Assembly (NCBI GenBank): GCA_902761535.1
Contig: CACWKS010000002.1
Coordinates: 270,611 to 334,610, forward strand
DNA length: 64,000 nt
Source: an uncultured Pseudomonadota bacterium
GTDB lineage: Bacteria > Pseudomonadota > Alphaproteobacteria > RF32 > CAG-239
Reading direction: 5' to 3'
The translations under genes and the position numbers were made by a program. A model generated the notes under the pieces. It was not told the DNA's origin, did not search any database, and worked only from the letters and a program-made list of their open reading frames with translations. Below, one piece after another: positions 61,234 through 64,000 of this stretch (its first letter is position 1; each line of letters opens with the position of its first letter).

Positions 61234-62578
61234 TTCGGTCTCCTTTTAGCTGATATAGTATTCCGGAAACCTGTGGCGCTTCATTTTGTAAATACGAAAC
61301 TGCCGCAATCACATCTTTCAATGTTACTTGATTAATACCTTTTTCATAATTTTTTAATTCCTGTAAATCAACATCTGCAGCCGCTATATAACCTACTAAT
61401 TCAGCTATATCCTCCGGATTATCTTCCAAATAAATCAAATCAGCCAGCAATTTTTCCTTGGTCATAGCCAACTGTTCGTCATCTAATTTGCGTAAAGCAT
61501 AATTCCACGCCCTGTCCAATTCTAAAAACAAATTATCCCGTTCAATATCTGTCGGAATCAAACCTATTTCAAAAACACCGTAACTGCGAGAAATGGGATT
61601 ATATCCTACATTGATGTCTAAAGCTTTTTTATCTTGAATAACCAATTTCTGATAAAAGGGAGAATTTTTATCTCCTCCCATATACTCTGCTAAAACTTCC
61701 AATGCATATATCTTATCTTTATCTAAATTGTAAGATGGTGTGGCATAAATATTAGTCATACGTCCCAGTTTGACATCAGGCAATCTCATTGAGATTGAAG
61801 CCTTATAATTCTGCGGCAATGTCGGAAGCGACAAATCAGAAACATAATTTTGCGATTTTATATTTCCAAAATATTTTTTGGTTAATTCCTCAGCTTTTTC
61901 TACAGTAATATCACCCGACAACACCAATACTGCATTATCCGGAACATAATATTTACGATAAAAGTCCTCGGCATCAGTTAACCGTAAACTCAAGATCTCG
62001 CTGTCCTCACCGGTAACTTGGCGATTATAAGGATGATTCTGCCACAAAACTTTCTTTAATGCCTCATAAAATTTAGCCGAAGGATTATTGTCTATACGTT
62101 GCTTACGCTCTTGAAAAACTATGTTGCGTTCTGCTAAAAAATCATCATTGTTAATCTGCAAATTTTGCATACGATCTGCTTCCAACTCCATCATTTTATC
62201 CAAACGGCTCACATCAAAAAACTGATGATAAGCCGTCACATCTTGTGAAGTAAAAGCATTACTTATTGCTCCGTTACTCTCCATAATTTGATTAAATTGT
62301 TGCCCCGGAAAACGAGGAGTACCGCGAAACATTAAATGTTCCAACAAATGAGCCAATCCTCCCTTACCGATTGCTTCATTTATTGATCCGACCTTATAAA
62401 ACAACATCTGCTTTACTATCGGAGCCTTATGGTCTTCAATCACTACCACTTGAAGCCCGTTATTTAATTTAAATTGATTTATATTCTCAAAAAAAGCATC
62501 GGCCGAAAACGCCGTCACAAAACTGCATATAAACGCAGCTACTGCATATAAATTAAGCAGTTTTTTATTCATCTGCAT
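61226..62578 (-). CDS. M16-family zinc metallopeptidase (pitrilysin-like) with signal peptide
   Basis: HxxEH zinc motif (GLAHLLEHLMFRGT); start MQMNKK at 62578 with AAGG SD (ORF track starts upstream). Confidence 0.8.
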   Translation of the reverse strand: MQMNKKLLNLYAVAAFICSFVTAFSADAFFENINQFKLNNGLQVVVIEDHKAPIVKQMLFYKVGSINEAIGKGGLAHLLEHLMFRGTPRFPGQQFNQIMESNGAISNAFTSQDVTAYHQFFDVSRLDKMMELEADRMQNLQINNDDFLAERNIVFQERKQRIDNNPSAKFYEALKKVLWQNHPYNRQVTGEDSEILSLRLTDAEDFYRKYYVPDNAVLVLSGDITVEKAEELTKKYFGNIKSQNYVSDLSLPTLPQNYKASISMRLPDVKLGRMTNIYATPSYNLDKDKIYALEVLAEYMGGDKNSPFYQKLVIQDKKALDINVGYNPISRSYGVFEIGLIPTDIERDNLFLELDRAWNYALRKLDDEQLAMTKEKLLADLIYLEDNPEDIAELVGYIAAADVDLQELKNYEKGINQVTLKDVIAAVSYLQNEAPQVSGILYQLKGDRNE

Positions 62579-62747
62579 CAACCTTAACAACCGGACGAAC
62601 ATCAAATTCCGGCGGCAAAGACAAAGGTTTACGTTGTTCAACCACCGTTTCATCAGGCGACATATTAGCCATCCCCAACTCTTTTTTGCCCCAACCGGAA
62701 CAAGCAACTGTCATTAACACTAAATTCAATATAATAAATATACGCAT
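62565..62747 (-). CDS. small putative lipoprotein (60 aa)
   Basis: signal-like N-terminus ending ...LMTVAC-SG; immediately follows lspA stop and overlaps peptidase start. Confidence 0.4.
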   Translation of the reverse strand: MRIFIILNLVLMTVACSGWGKKELGMANMSPDETVVEQRKPLSLPPEFDVRPVVKVDADE

Positions 62748-63281
62748 TTATTTCTCCTTACTTTTGTTTATCTGAATCCAAAATGCCTGAGCGATAATAA
62801 TTGCCGCTCCGACACAAATACAACTGTCAGCAACATTAAACGCCGGCCAATGTGAATCATTGATATGAAAATCTAAAAAATCAAACACGGCTCCGAACCG
62901 TAATCTGTCAACTACATTTCCCAAAGCTCCTCCCATAATCAAACCTAAAGCGACCTGAGAAAGCCTGTTTTTCTCCGATTTAAGCCAACACAATAACATT
63001 ATAACAATTACTATGGCAGCTGCTGATAAAATATAAGCGCCCAATTTGCCGTAATTATTAAACATCGAAAAACTTACACCGGTATTCCAAGCTCTCACTA
63101 TATTGAAAAAATCACTTATCTTTATACCGACAAGTTCACCCAACCACCAATGCAAAACCGCATATTTGCTCAATTGATCAGCAACAACCACTACAAAAGC
63201 ACAAAGTATTCCCAATATCAAACCAATACCCTCTCTAAAAAACTCATATTTCCTGCAAGTGTATGCTTTAAATTGCATCAT
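62748..63281 (-). CDS. lspA: lipoprotein signal peptidase II
   Basis: 4 TM, conserved FNVADS and NxGxxF blocks. Confidence 0.85.
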   Translation of the reverse strand: MMQFKAYTCRKYEFFREGIGLILGILCAFVVVVADQLSKYAVLHWWLGELVGIKISDFFNIVRAWNTGVSFSMFNNYGKLGAYILSAAAIVIVIMLLCWLKSEKNRLSQVALGLIMGGALGNVVDRLRFGAVFDFLDFHINDSHWPAFNVADSCICVGAAIIIAQAFWIQINKSKEK

Positions 63282-63318
63282 CTCAAGATGATAGCTTAAG
63301 ATACACACAAAAAATGAG

Positions 63319-63999
63319 TTAAAACATTTTCTTTTTTCGGAAAAACAGAATCACTAAAATTGTCAAAATAGTAGACGCCGTCACCACATACCAAAATCCC
63401 CACGGACTTTCCGTAAAAGGCAAACCTACATTCATTCCCCAAAAACTTGCCAACATTGTCGGTATAGACAAGATAATTGTAATTGCCGCCAAAAATTTCA
63501 TCACTTGATTGACATTATTATTGATAACACTGGCAAATCCGTCCATCATACTCTCCAAAATGGTACGATGCATATCAACCATTTCTATTGCTTGTTTATT
63601 TTCAATCAAAATATCTTCCAATAAATCGATATCCGCCTCGCTGAATATTATTGATTTATTAAGCGTTTTAGTACGAACCATTCGCAATAATTTTTGCAAA
63701 ACCAACTGATTATCACGCAATGCGGTTGTAAAATAAACTAACGATTTTTGAATTTCCATCAAAGCAAATAACTCTTTGTTATTTGTGGTATTGCGCAAAT
63801 TATATTCAATTTGTTCAGTCTTGCGATTAATAATTTTCAAATATCTTTGATAAAACTGAGTTGATTTAAATAAAATTCGCAACATCAACTGCTCGGGATT
63901 CTTGGTATCAAAATAAGCGGCGTTTACTTTGGTAAACGAACCTAAAATACGATTCTCTCGTGAACAAAGTGTAACAAAACTTTTCGGAGCAAAAATCAT
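63319..63999 (-). CDS. corA: CorA-family magnesium/cobalt transporter (C-terminal part; N-terminus beyond window)
   Basis: C-terminal two TM with GMN motif (FWGMNVGLPF). Confidence 0.75.
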   Translation of the reverse strand: MIFAPKSFVTLCSRENRILGSFTKVNAAYFDTKNPEQLMLRILFKSTQFYQRYLKIINRKTEQIEYNLRNTTNNKELFALMEIQKSLVYFTTALRDNQLVLQKLLRMVRTKTLNKSIIFSEADIDLLEDILIENKQAIEMVDMHRTILESMMDGFASVINNNVNQVMKFLAAITIILSIPTMLASFWGMNVGLPFTESPWGFWYVVTASTILTILVILFFRKKKMF

Positions 64000-64000
64000 C

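Overview
This 64-kb window is an AT-rich (roughly 35-38% GC by eye) alphaproteobacterial chromosome segment. Gene content and style suggest an intracellular or symbiont-like lineage, but that is inference only. Most of it is conserved housekeeping, almost all on the minus strand. Core genes: the F1 ATP synthase operon atpH-atpA-atpG-atpD-atpC, priA, a xerC/D-type recombinase, rpmG (L33, missed by the ORF track), lolC/E-lolD, a flagellar basal-body block flgF-flgG-flgA-flgH plus a FlaF-like regulator with a sigma-54 promoter, a MurD-family ligase, an MscK-like channel, hisS, kdsB, anmK, pgpA, aas, mutL, pgi, two M16 peptidases, lspA and a truncated corA. There are three tRNAs: Thr(CGU), Glu(CUC) and Ser(GCU). 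Several features look accessory or unusual. (1) A 1544-aa repeat-rich giant protein sits next to the flagellar genes. (2) A MurD-like ligase is translationally coupled to a PP-loop ATPase, reminiscent of the MurD2/MurL D-Glu pathway. (3) An aspartate-semialdehyde dehydrogenase paralog has lost its catalytic Cys/Arg/His and is coupled to mscK. (4) A GC-richer islet next to tRNA-Glu encodes a PcfJ-like/LRR fusion protein and a duplicated about 185-aa protein family with a shared upstream motif. (5) Two strong promoter-plus-terminator units look like unannotated small RNAs (35.5-35.8 kb minus strand, 46.19-46.36 kb plus strand). (6) A 28-aa gene with a strong Shine-Dalgarno (SD) ribosome-binding site is missed by the ORF track, and a zinc-ribbon/HTH domain is fused to an SGNH hydrolase. 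(7) An LPS-type glycosyltransferase cluster containing LicD has a tRNA-Ser embedded in it. No CRISPR array, IS element or integrase was seen.
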